DNA of 58,425 nucleotides, filler included, from Jimgerdemannia flammicorona (GCA_003990765.1; 2 parts of 2 records of this genome joined end to end with filler, not necessarily neighbours in it); one strand, 5' to 3'. Positions 39,946 through 53,060 are shown, counted from the whole stretch's first letter. Numbers and translations are program-made. The notes: generated by a model from the letters alone, not told the origin.

Positions 39946-41959
39946 GGAAATCGCTCTTCATTTCTGGGTTTTTGATGCTTAAAATAGCAATAATAATTAC
40001 AGAGGGTTTTTGATTGTGAAGAGTGTTATAATGTAGGGCAGGAGGGGAGATTTGTACAGATGCCTAAATATTGACTGAATGAGTGTGAGATACTTGGAGA
40101 CCTCTGGGAGTGGGGAGACATGAGGGTGAGAAGGGGGGCCAATGGGATGACTTAAGGGTGTGATTAGTGGGGTATGTTGGTAATGAGTGGCTTATTATTG
40201 GGTAGGCTTTAGTAGTATAGGTAGAGTTGGTTAGACATTAGTTATATATTATAATAGTAACCCCAGAATGATGACATCAGCACAGGAGATAGCCTTTCCT
40301 TGCAAGCCACCAGATTGAAATACAAGATCATACAGTATACAAGATGAGCAATTATGACCCACTGTGAGTCATTGTGACCATAGTACAGATATTTTGAGAA
40401 ATATAAAAGAAAGATCAAGGAACTATAGTAGCAGTAACTCAATAAGACCTACCAATTCCAAAATAGCTCAAAGACTTACTATAAATGAAATGTCTGCTGC
40501 TCACTAAACCTCAAAATCAAGGAACTACCAAGGTATCTCAGTTGAGAAAAGAATGTTCTAAGACATTAGAAGAGTCATGAGGACCTATACAAGAAGAACT
40601 CCTAGTGTCAATCTGAGTACTGGTGACCCTTATCACTATATCCTCTATTGTCATGAAATAGAAATAAGAATCATCATTACTATCAAATATCTCCAAATAT
40701 AGCAGGAGTATAAAATAGGAAACCTCCTCTACTAAGAGTTCCTATAGGCTAGCTCTCAAGAGTTATAAAATACCATTTTTATAAATATATATAAAATAAG
40801 AATAGTTAAGAAAATCTATCAGATCTTTAGGTATACATTATAGTCGATCCCCAACTTGGAGTATGTTAGAGTCTCAGACTTCAGAGACCTGTCAGTCCAC
40901 CATATCAATATACTAGAAGCCAGGATAGCTATAGAAGCTCAGTCTATTATCACTCTCAATAGTAATGAAGTAGAAGACTTCTGATATTCTATCCTTTAGG
41001 ATAACTCAGACTAATTTCTGCAAGGATTGATCTCAGTATTCCAAGGCTCAAGTATCCAGGTTAGACCTCTCTAAGACTCCACATTTGTCTCCTATTTCAT
41101 GAAAGAGAACTTCATAGACTGGAGAGCTCCAGATCTCCTTATTTCTGCTACTACCAAATGTGATGATGTCATCAGTGATGACATCATCCCACATGATATA
41201 TATGAAACATATGACCCATGTAACCTATATAATAATGATGATGATGAGATGGATGAAATATTTGCAGACCTCATCTCCTTCAAAGACATCCTGACCTCTG
41301 ATGAGGATGAAGCCTTTATAGTCTTAAACATTCTGCTCTAAGTCTCTTAGTTATACTGAATAATACCAGTACTCTTTTTCTATATAATAGCTATTCCTTC
41401 ACTGGTATTCTGATGTGACTCAGAATTATTCCAGTACCATTTTCCTATACCACTGAAATTATATCAGCATCTTGAACCTATACAAATATCAGTACCAATA
41501 CTAGAACTTAATAGTTTTCTATATTCTGGTATTTTATTTTAGTTATTGGAATTTATATTTAGCTTTATATCTTAGCAACTATTGAATTATATTTTGTATA
41601 AATACTTCTCTTATTTCCTCTGAAATAAAGACAGTTCTGGTTTACTTATACACAATCTCTTGTAAGCAATCTAAGAGATAATAAGATAGTTAAAGATAAG
41701 AAGTTTAAGGACTATAAGATCTTGGGAAGATACTCCAATAAGAACTTGCTTATAATAAATATGAGTTAGTCTAAGAGATACATCTTGAAGAGAATCTAAT
41801 ATATTTAAAGAACTCAGCAACTACTATATGACAACTTGGTATCCATTGACTAGTGATTCAAGATGAATTCCTCACTTTTAAGCTGAAAAATGAACAACCA
41901 CTACAACAACTACTCTGACTACAAGAGTCACCCCTGTAAGAATTCAAGATAAGATAGAA

Positions 41960-44900
41960 ATGCATTCTCCTACAATCTATAGATATACTACTGAAGAGTT
42001 AATCCTGACCTTCATTGAAGACTTTGAATAATTCACCACCATATGAGCCCTTAGTGTAGATGCACAATTAGCTCTTCTATCTGTCAGCCTCAGAGGATCT
42101 ACTAGAGATAAGTTCAATATAGTCACTATTACTGATAATAGTATAGCCAAACTTACCAACATGAAGGCCTTCCTTAGAACAATATACTATATTGAAGAGA
42201 TCAAGCAAGCTCTCAAGGATCAACTCAATACTATCTGCCAGGGACTCAGTGAAGATTCCAACTCATTCTATATCCAAATCTGCTACTAGATTGTCTTGGC
42301 TAGCTATGATGATACCCTCAAGGAATAAATAGCAGATTCAACCTTCCTCAAAAAAGTTCACTCTGAAATTGCTCTAGCAATCCAGTCTACCCTAGCTGCA
42401 CTGACCCTTGATCAGAAAGTAGTCTTTGTATAGAGATATTAGACTGTCAGACATCCGACCAAACACTCAATAGAGAAAATAACTGGCATCAAGATAGAGC
42501 TATCAAAGCTAACTAGTATCATATCCATTACAGTTATAAATAGACAACTATCTCCACTTACCCCCAAGACAGCCAAAGCTGACCCAGTGGAGAAACTTGC
42601 CAAGTAGTTCATTGAGATGACTGCATATCTTAGTGATGTTATTAGAGAAGTCTGAAGTACCAACAGGAGACTAGTGTAGAGATTTGTAGCTGCTATAGAA
42701 GAATGCAATATTACATACTTCAGATGTAGAGAAGAAGGCCACTATGCAAAGAGTTACATAACTAAAACAAGATGCAAAGCCCAACCAAGTAATGCTAGCA
42801 GAACTAGAGAATAAACCAATATAGTAGTCATCAAGGAGATTGGTAATACTGATGATAAAGAATACTATGAGAAGCTTGAATTCTACCCTGCTACTAAAGG
42901 TACCAGAACCCAGTCTAAGCTCTATGACAAGAAGAGTAACAGCAAGCCAGTTGGAAGACCAAAGAAGACTCCAGCTGTTACTATTCAAAGTAAGACCCAA
43001 CTTAAGAAGATTGATCAAGATATAGAGTTAGATAAAGCTGCTCACCAAATTATTGAAGGCACTACTTCAGTCTCAGGAGAAAGCAAAAGTAAGAAGAAAT
43101 AGAAGCTGCACAAGACCAAGATCCACCAGTATAATATCTACAAGGACCTCAAGGAATAGAAGGTCAATACTACTTTTGGATAGCTAGCCAAAGTCTCTGC
43201 CTTCAGACAGTAGTTGAGAGTATGACTTACAACTACTGCCAAGAATCAAGAGTACAAGATTGTAGAAGCTCACAATGCATAAGAAGAATCCAAAAACTCA
43301 GGCAAAGAATCTGAAGACTAGTGCAAAATATCAGCTTATATCTCATATCAGATCAAAGATTATATCTTTGATGCTATCATTAATACTGGTGCTGAAGAAT
43401 GCCTTATGAGTAAGAAGACAATTAACTACCTAGGCTGGGACATCAAAGAGTCCACCAAGATGGTCTATGTTATAGCAGATGATATACAAGCTACTCTCCT
43501 TAGCAAAATTCAAGAAGTCCCCATTAAGATAAGAGGAGCTACTATCCCAGTAGATGTGATTGTTACAAGCACCACCAACTATGACATCCTCATTAGTAAC
43601 CAATAGCTTCACAAGGCCAAGACTATCATTGACCTCAATGCTCAGAAGATACAGATCAACTATAGAGGAAGAAAGATATGAGTCTCTATTAATGTCCACA
43701 AAGGAGTTCTACCAGATATAGAGAAAGGAGATAAGAAGGATATAGAAGTCTTCATATACTTAGTAAACAAGAATAAGAACAAAACACCTAAGCTCACAGA
43801 TGAGTAGTAGTATAACAAGATCATCAATAGCTATGCCCCTCAAGGAAGATGTCTTCATGGTACTAGGATATACTGCTCTGAACACCTGAATGACTGCTGG
43901 TCCTATATTAGTGAAGTTAGGAAAATCTGCCAAAAGAAGTATGAGTAAGAAGCCACTAAAGAAAAAAGAAAAGCCAAAGAAGATGACCAGCCCCTAGAGC
44001 TTTAAGCTGACAGTGATGATGAGAAGAAACAAGAACCAGACATCACCCTCAAGGTCAAGAAGTTTTACCCTGAAGCTAAGATTCCAGAATACAAGATTGA
44101 AGGAGCCATAGGAATAGACCTTGCTAGTATTCAAGATGCTACTCTCAAACCACAGACAACCACCCTACTTGGTACTGGAATTGGAGTCAAGTTGCTAGAG
44201 AACTATACCAGAATTATTAAGACCAAGAGCAGTCTGGCCAAAAGTAAAATCTCAGTTGAAGGAGGAGTAATTGACTCTGATTACACTAGCAAGATCTTCC
44301 GTATAGTCAGAAATTACAATCCCACCACTCTATTTGAAGTCAAGAAGCATGATAGAATTGGCCAGATACTGATCCATAAAATCAAGAAGCCCAAGATCAC
44401 TGAAGCCATCAAACTCATTAAAACTAAGAGAGGAGAACAAGGCTTTGAATCTACTGGAAGAGGAGCCTATACCACTACTAAGATTACCAAACTTAAGTAC
44501 AAGAAAGATAAGGACTAGAACAAGTACACATATACCATTGGAGAAAACTTTCTCCTGGAAGAACAACTTCTTAAGATCTTATATCAGAACAAAGAAGTAC
44601 TGGCTACAGACTTTAGAGATATCCACAATCAAGAACCCAAGTACTATTATGAAGTTGACACTGATGATACCAAGCCTATCTATCAGAAAGCCAGACCTAT
44701 ACCACCTGCCTACAGAGAATGGCTGCAAGCAAAACTCAAGAAAATAGAAGAAGCTGGAATCATCAAGCAAGTTATCAGTCTCTGGGCTTCATCTATTGTC
44801 CTTACTCCAAAGAAAGGAAGCAAGCCTGGAGAGTTTGTGCCAAGACTCTATATTGACTATAGGAAGCTCAATACAGTCACCAAGAAGGATAGGCAGCTCT

Positions 44901-45979
44901 TGCCAAATATTCAAAAAATCCTTACTACTCTTGGAAGTAAAGCCAAATACTACACTACTTTAGATCTATTCTCAGGCTTCCATCAGATTGGTCTCACTCA
45001 AGATGCTAGTGAGAAATCAGCCTTCATCATACCTGATGCCACCTATATCTATCTGTAAATGCCATTTGGAATGTGCAATACTCTAGCAAGTTTTCAGCAA
45101 ATAATAAACAGAGTCTTCAGTAATGAGATTGGAAAATAGCTCTTTGTCTATGTTGATGATATGATCATCTTCAGCAATACTATATGGAAACATGTCAATT
45201 ATATACAGCTAGCCCTCAAGAAGCTCAAGGAGTATGACCTCTACATCAAGCCTAAGAAATGCAAGTTTGTAGCTCAGGAAATTACCTACCTAGGACACCT
45301 CATCAACTAGACCAGAATCTATACAGACCCAATGAAGATTGAGGCTGTTGCAGCCTACCCAAGACTCAGAACAACTATAGAAGTTCATGCCTTTCTTGGA
45401 CTGGCCAGTTACTATAGAAGATTCATCAAAGGATACTCCAATATTGCAGTACCTATCTATGAGCTACTAAAGAAGGAAACCAAATTTGAATAGACTAAGG
45501 AATGCCAAGAAACCTTCAATAAACTCAAGACCAGATTGACCCAAGTATCTATCCACAGAAGACCAGATTGGAACCTAGAATTTATCCTGCAGACAGATGT
45601 GAGTACTATAAGACTTAGAGCAGTTCTAACTCAGAAGAAAGATAGATATAAATATATCATCTCCTATATAAGCCAAGATATCTACAGAGTAGAACAGAAC
45701 TATATGTCATGCAAGCTTGAATGCTTAGCAGTAGTTTGGGTAGTAGATAAGTTCCACTACTACCTAGCTGGGAAATACTTCACTATTTAAACAGACTATT
45801 CTGCTCTTGCCTGACTGTTCTATACTCTGAACCCTAAAGAAATATATGCCAGATAGATCTACAGACTGCAAGAGTATGGTTGTACTATCAAGCATTACTC
45901 AGGAAGAACCAATACCAATGCTGATGCACTCTTAAAGATACTCTGAAACACCCCTATCAAGACTATTCAATATGAATAA
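41960..45979 (+). pseudogene. Gag-protease-dUTPase-RT-RNase H polyprotein of gypsy A (1340 codons, internal point-mutation stops)
   Basis: The span is 4020 nt with no net frameshift. It contains a decayed CCHC knuckle (about 42716), AIINTGA protease (about 43373), dUTPase (44050-44460), YIDYRKLN/YVDD RT and QTD..NADAL RNase H. Confidence 0.85.
44050..44460 (+). pseudogene. dUTPase domain of gypsy A
   Basis: All five trimeric dUTPase motifs are present in order: AIGIDL, KTKSSL, GGVIDSDY, DRIGQ, RGEQGFESTG. Confidence 0.9.
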
Positions 45980-47177
45980 GGAGTTATACTATGGATTAAT
46001 TAGCTATCTTAGGCAGTAGAAGATGCCCAACTACCTCAAACCCTGGACAATCACCATCATCAACCAGACTTAGAAATAGTTTGAACTAGACAACACTATA
46101 CTCAGAAAAGGAGAAAAGCTAATAATACCCAAATACAAGAAGTATCAAATAATGAAGAAAGTATATAAGTAAGGATACCTAGGAGGAATCAACACATACA
46201 ACAAGATAAGAAGAACCATATGATGGCCCAAGATGGAAGAAGACCTGCACCAATTTGTCAAAGAGTGTGACAAGTGCCAAAAACAGAAACAAGATCAGTA
46301 AGATCAGACACCTGAGTTATTAAGAATCAAGCCTATCCTCTTCCACTACATCACAATAGATATCATTGGGCTACTATCAGTAATACTATCAGGAAACTGC
46401 TATATTATAGTTATTATAGACCTCTTTACCAAATGGATAGAAGTGAGAGCATTACAAGAAACCAATGCCCTCTCTATAGTCAACTTCCTGTACTGAGAAA
46501 TCATCTACTGCTACAAGACACCAAGACAAATCACCACAGACTATAGCATAGTATTTGTCAATAGATTTCATGAGATAATATATCAGAAATATAAGATTCA
46601 GTACATCAAGACCACCACATACTACTCTCAAGGAAATGAACAGACAGAAAGAACCAATAAGACCCTCAAGAACATCTTGACAAAAATCTCAGAGATATAT
46701 GAGAATTGGGATAACTATCTCTCAACTGCTCTCTCTGTCCTATGAGATATATGGTCACAGAGCACACACTTTACCTCAAGAGAACTGCTCTTCAGAAAAG
46801 AAGATTCTGATAAAACCTTAGCCATAAATCTAGACCTAACTTAGAGATAGATCAATGCAGAAATCTGGAGACTACACCAAATCAGAAAGAAGGCTGAAGA
46901 TTATATCATCAAGTTATAAGCACTGATAAGAAAGGATACAGAAAAGAATTACAAGACTCTAGAACCCATCCAAATTAGAGAAAAGGTCCTATTGTATCAA
47001 AATATAGTAGAAGCCTCATGGTCATGAAAACTGGAGCCCAAATGGAAAAGACTCTTCTATATACAAGATATCAAGAGAACTATCTTCTGACTTAGAAAAA
47101 TCTCAGAGATCATACTATCTACCATGGTATATAGGAATAGACTTAAGAAGTACCATGAACCTATACCAGAGAAGTAA
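45972..47177 (+). pseudogene. Integrase of gypsy A in a separate reading frame
   Basis: From ATG 45972 (MNKELYYGLISYL) through the decayed HHCC zinc finger (..WPKM..CDKC), DIIG, ITTD, ERTN and the C-terminal RNRLKKY; 1206 nt in frame. Confidence 0.8.
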
Positions 47178-47775
47178 AATGTAATAACTGCTCATGAGGT
47201 TCTAGTCTGCAAATCATAATAGCATATTCCATGACTAGCAGGCTATCTGTCTGGACCATTCTCTAAGAGATATGGTACCAGCAACTACTTATCTATGAGA
47301 CTTTCAAAGCCAGAGAAATTTGAACTATCAACTGATTGGTCAAGATCAGAATCAGGCCCTTGCTCTATATAAAGAGAGCAATTCTTCACCATTATACCAA
47401 AATATATAGGGAGGATGACAGCCCATAAATATCACTTTTTGACCTCTTACCAGAGGTTATAAGATCAGTAAATTTTTCAGGACTAGACTAATAAATAAGA
47501 ATATTTAAGAAGATCCTTATTCAGGAGAAAGATGTAATAATGACCCCAGAATGATGATATTAGCACAGAAGATAGCCTTTTCTTATAAGCTATCAGATTG
47601 GAATACAAGAAGATCATATGGCATATAAGATGAGTAATTATAATCTACTGTGAGTCATTGTGACCACAGTACAGGCATCTTGAGGAATATAAAAGAAGAA
47701 TCAAGGAATCACAGTAGCAGCAACTCAACAAGATCCACTAATCCCAAAATAGCTCAAAGACTTACTACAAATGAA

Positions 47776-48612
47776 ATGCCTGCTGCTCATTAAACCTTAA
47801 GATCAAGGAATCACCAAGGTACTTCAGTCAAGGAAAGAATATTCCAAGACATCAGAAGAGCCATGAAGACCCATACAAGAAGAACTCCTAGTATTAACCT
47901 AGACACTGGTGACCCTTATCACTATATCCTCTATCACTATAAAATGGAAATAAGGATCACTATTGCTACCAAATACCTCTAAATATAACAGAAGTATGAA
48001 ATAGGAAACCTCTTATACCAGGAGTTCCCACAGGCCAGCCCTCAAGAGTTACAAGATACCACTTCTATGGATATATGTGAAACAAGAACAGCTAAGAAGA
48101 TCTATCAGATCTTCAGACATACATTATAGTCAATCTCCAATTTGGAGTATGTTAGAGTCTCAGACTTCAGAGATCTATTAGCTCACTATATTAATGTACT
48201 AGAAGCCAGAGTAGCTACAGAAATACATTCTACTATCACTCTCAATAGTGATGAAGTAGAAGACTTCTGGCATCCCATCCTCCAGGACAACCCAGACCAA
48301 TTCCTACAAAGATTGATCTCAGTATTCCAAGGCTCAAGTATCCAGATTAGATCTCCCCAAGGCCCCACATTTGTTCCCTATTTCATGGAAGAGAACCTCA
48401 TAGACTGGAGAGCTCCAGACCTCCTTGTTCTCACTGCTACCAAATGTGATAATATCATCCCATGTAATATATGTGAAATATGTGACCTATGTAATCTATA
48501 CAACAATGGTGATGATAAGATAAATAAAACATTCATGGACCTTATCTCCTTTGAAGACATCCTGATCTCTGATGAGGATGAAGCTCCTATAGTCTTGAAT
48601 ATTCTGCTCTAA
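47776..48612 (+). pseudogene. LTR-encoded protein (family A) in the 3' LTR; twin at 40490-41341 in the 5' LTR
   Basis: 279 codons from MPAA to NILL*. The provided ORF 48142-48612 is its C-terminal part. Confidence 0.75.
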
Positions 48613-49360
48613 GTCTCTTGATTATACTGAATAATACCAGCACTCTTTTTCTATATAACAGCTATTCCTCTACTGATATTCTAATGTAACTCAGAATTAT
48701 TTCAATACTATTTTCCTATACCACTAAAATTATACCAGTATCCTGAATCTATATAACCATTAGTGCCAATACTGAAACTTAACAGTTTTCCATATCCTGG
48801 TATTTTATTTTAGTTATTGGAATTTATATTTAGCTTTATATCTTAGCAACCATTGAATTATATTTTGTATAAATACCTCTCTTATTTCATCTGAAATAAA
48901 GACAGTTCTGGTTTACTTATATACAATCTCTTGCAAGCAATCTAAGAGATAACAAGATAGTTAAAGATAAGAAGCTTGAGGACTATAAGACCTTGGGAAG
49001 GTATTCCAATAAGAACTTGCTTATAACAAACTTGAGTTAGTCTAAGAGATATACCTTGAAGAGAATCTGGCATATTTGAAGAACTCAGTAATCACTACAT
49101 GACAATATATATTTAAAGATAAAAGATAGACTTGAAAGAGTGAATAGCAAGATGGAAGAGGTTGATGATAGATGTTATGTCTGACTGATGGAAGGGGTGA
49201 AGCCCCCAGGGTAGTTGCTATTGATATCTAATAGAGAGAATTTATAAGTAGAATAGTAGAAGAGTTATAATAATTAATAGTCTAGTAGTATTTAATAAAG
49301 AAGAGTGGGGGAAAGAGAGTGTATTGAGATAGAGAGAGTAGAGTAAGAGAGGGTTAGGGC

Positions 49361-52300
49361 TGTCAGTATAATATGAGGATCTTGTTTTATTATAGAATTA
49401 TTAGATTGGTTTAATAATAAATATAATAGTTCTAGTTTTTTTAAAAGAAAATAGCTAAGTTCTGATAATTTTAATAAACCTAAAGTAGTTCAAAGAGATA
49501 TTTGTAGGTTCAAGTATTCTCAAAGAAATTCTGAGAGAAAATATTCTGAGTTTTATTCAAGCAGATAATATGAATATTTATATAGAATCTAAAAGAAAGA
49601 TCTAAAAGGATCTTAGAAATAAAGAGAAAAGCTAAGAAATAGGTTTTTGATAAAGATGACTAATAGAATTCTACAATGTTCTAAAAGATTTTATAATTAG
49701 CTAAGATAAGAGACTTAGTACTGAGAAAGACAAAAATGTCCTAATGAAGTCTTAGTATCAAGAGAAGATTTCTAAGCATTTGGATGATACTGGAATATAG
49801 TAGAATATTCAAGAAAAGATGAGAAAAGACTAGAAAAAAAGATATAAAAAAGTACTAAGACTAAGATATAACTATGAAATTATTACATCTATCTCCTCTT
49901 AAGAACTAATATTTTTATTAAGTTTTTAGATAATATAAGACTAAATATACTTAACTAAAATTTCTTAAACTTATATTAATATATTGGTAAGAACTAGTTA
50001 TTCTTATATAAAGCAGAGAGTCTATTACTAGACCAACTAACTGGAAGAAGTTCAAACCTAGCTAGTAGTTTTATTTCAGTAAACTTCTTATTCACTGGAT
50101 ATTCTACTAGTTCTAAGATTCTAAAGTAAACTTCTGATATATAAGATACTGATTATTATTATAGATTATTAATAATCTAAGAAAGCTACTATAGGAATTG
50201 AATAATATATTTTATCTCAAAGTCTTAGACCAGATCTTGAGAGTTCTTGCAATTGATCAGTAGTTCTTAGATAGTATTATATTCAGAGTAGTCCATAGAT
50301 ATTCAGGGCAATGATATTAAATTCATTTATTAAGAATTTTCTCAACTTTATACTCAATATGGTCTTCAATAATTACAGAAATAGATAGCTTGAGAATTTG
50401 ACCAGAGTAGGGTGGTGACTAGTTCTAGGTCTTAAAGTATAATATATGAAAGACTGAGTATACTCTTATAGTTTTAGATAGCTTAAGATAATAAGAGAAT
50501 GTAAAGACTTATTTAGTAATCTCAAAAAGTCCAATATACTTAAGTTGAAACTTATTTGATAGACAGTTAACTTGAGATTATATATTGAGGTTCTTAGTAG
50601 ACAGTAGGACTTGATCTAGCTAGAAATACATACTAATCTCAAATTCTAGTATATATATCAGCTAGAAATACTTTGTACCCTTATTTGGCTATTTAGGTTA
50701 TTTATATAAATTGGTATAGTAGGGTAGTTCTGGTTATCTAATAAACTTAATATAGTATATGACTAAATTATAATAACTAATTTGGATAATAACTTGGTAT
50801 ATTTTTCTGCCAGCTTATTATATCAGCCCCTACTAAAGAATAGTCTGTCCTAGGCTATCCTTTAGTTATCATTTCAATATAAGTAAATATCTTCTATATT
50901 GGCTTTTATTCTAATGTCTTTTTCAGTTTCAAAGCTACTCTATTCTAAGAGCTCTACTTCTTCTTTAGAGAATAGTACCTCAATATAGTGAATAATACTC
51001 AGATAGATAGTAGGAGTTATTCTTTAGATATCTCTAAGGTGAAATTGAGTCTAAATTAATGCTTCTGTATTTTATTTATAGATAGTATAGAGTCTGTTTA
51101 CTATAATGATATTTCTTCAAGTGAGATCTGTAAGATATCTGGTATAGGTATACTTAGAGATTGAGAGGTCTTATAGTTATTCTCTAATAGTATAGTATAT
51201 CTATAGCTAGTAGATTTCTAGGAGTTACTAGGCTATAGTGAGGTTTTCTTGATAAATCTAGATCAATTAGGAGTAATTGTTAATAGTTTCTCTAAACTGA
51301 GATAGGAAAATTAGCAGAGCTTGAAGAAAACTGAGAATAAGAGTCTAGAGATACCAATTAATTCTCTGAGTTATTATATAGAAAATAGATATATTTTGAG
51401 ACAATTAATATATACTAGAGTCCTTAGAGTATATCTATTTATACTTCTTATGTATATATATAATTAGACAGTAGTAAAATAGTAGACTATAGACTAAGTT
51501 TATTATTCTCTAGATAGTTGAAGATATATTACAAAGTCTAGAGAATATTTAGAGATATTCAAACAGTTTTTCTAGAGTAAAGAAAGCTATTTTTTGAATA
51601 TCTTTAGAGTCCATAGAGATCTTACAAAATTCTGTAAAAAGATCTATACTACTAAAATATCTGATATTCTATAATTAGTCTAGAAGATTATTGATTCTGA
51701 ACAAAGAGTAGATATTTTTTCTATTATTAAGTTAAGCTTTCTATAGTCTATATAGAGTCTCTACTTTCTTTCTTAAATATAATAAATATAAGACTGATCC
51801 AGGAGTTAGTAGAGAGTTAGATAACTATATTATCTAAGAGTTTCTGAATATATTCTTACTCAAATATCTTTAGATAATAGAGTATTCTATAAGACTTCTA
51901 TTAGATAGATATTGCATTTTCTATATTTATACTATAGTAGTATAATAGATTATATGATAGATTACTATAGTTTGTAGTAAAGATGTCCTGATATTTATAA
52001 AGGAGTTCTATAAGTTACTATTATTGCTAGTAAGTCAATTCTTCTCTAATTTTAGTAAAAGACTTTACTTTCTTCTGAGTTATAGAAAGGTCTTTTTTTT
52101 TTTTTTAAAAAAATCTTCTACTATTTTTCAATAGATTTAGTTTATAAACTTCTCTTTATATTCAATTAAGATAGGGTACCAAATAGTCTATGATAGTTTC
52201 TTTTATCAGAATGAGACTTTCTCAGCTTAGGTTGATTGCTCAAGAGTATATAGGATTCATCTTATTAGAAAATATATATCTTTCTATATCTAGGTTCTTA

Positions 52301-53060
52301 ATGTTATTATTAGATTCAAAGAAGAGATTTCTGGAATCAGGTAGTATGAAGATTTTGAAAATGATCTACTCTCTTAGTTCTAGAATAAGATTCTTATATA
52401 GCTTGACCAATTGGCTGTATACTTGCTAAGAAATATATTTTTTTAAAGTAATTAACCTGGAGGAGATATACTTTTTTCTTATCTGAGCTTCTAAATCCTT
52501 TAGTTTATCTTATACCTTAAGTTAGTTTAAGGACATCTTATAGTTGGAGAGTCTTGACCTTTATGAAGATTGCTTGTATAATTTTTTGCCCTTTGTAGAT
52601 TCAGTTTTACTCTATACTACTATTGTTCAGAGTAATCTTTATTTTGCCTATATATCCAGGGTCTATTATTTCTCCTTCTATAGTTATTTCTTATCTAGTG
52701 AGTTCAGACCTTGAAATTAGTTGAATATAAGTTTCTTTGAATAGTTGTATAGCTAGTTGTATATTAAGTATTATTGTTTTTTCAGACTTGATAGATTTAT
52801 CTCTGAGACTGTAAAGATTATATCTTATATCTTTCTGGTAAGCTTTTGTTGAGAGTTTGGCCTTGGGATATAGCAAGACATATTGGGAAATATCTTTGCT
52901 AAGTTTGGATTATTCTTGAGCTAAGACTCTAGTAGATATAAGCTCTTAGGCTCTGAGATTGAGATATATACTGTACCAAAATTTGAGATTTATATTTCTA
53001 ATAGAAATAGCTAAATATTATATATCAGAAATAGTAATCTATAGTTAGCCATATAGTAAC
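49361..53060 (-). mobile_element. Decayed chromovirus-type gypsy: dUTPase, RT, partial RNase H/IN, chromodomain, PPT, 3' LTR (49361-49887)
   Basis: Minus strand: dUTPase 52480-52880 (ISRSEL, IIDPGYIG, GQKIIQ, KGFRSSD), IDYRKLN RT at about 51750, KYIGLF (GPF motif) at about 50535, EYKVEKILNK chromodomain at about 50355, and PPT AAGAGGAGATAGA then TGTAAT. Confidence 0.75.

Larger units (their letters stand above)
40250..49104 (+). mobile_element. Full-length, uninterrupted Ty3/gypsy element A (8.85 kb) with ORF-containing LTRs of about 1.6 kb
   Basis: LTRs at 40250-41833 and 47533-49104, decayed PBS TGGTATCCATTGACTAG at about 41837, PPT AGGAGAAAGA at 47523-47532, ATAT TSD, and all pol domains present. 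Confidence 0.93.
40002..49360 (+). mobile_element. Old LINE 3' fragment split by gypsy A (pieces about 40002-40249 and 49105-49360)
   Basis: Both pieces are colinear with 10450-10930 of LINE copy 1 (FDCEECYNVG...) and join across the ATAT TSD. Confidence 0.65.

Noticed and set aside
47532..47537. ATG formed across the PPT/LTR junction as the start of the LTR ORF
   Set aside because: It is immediately followed by TAA, which is part of the TGTAA LTR terminus and present in all four copies.
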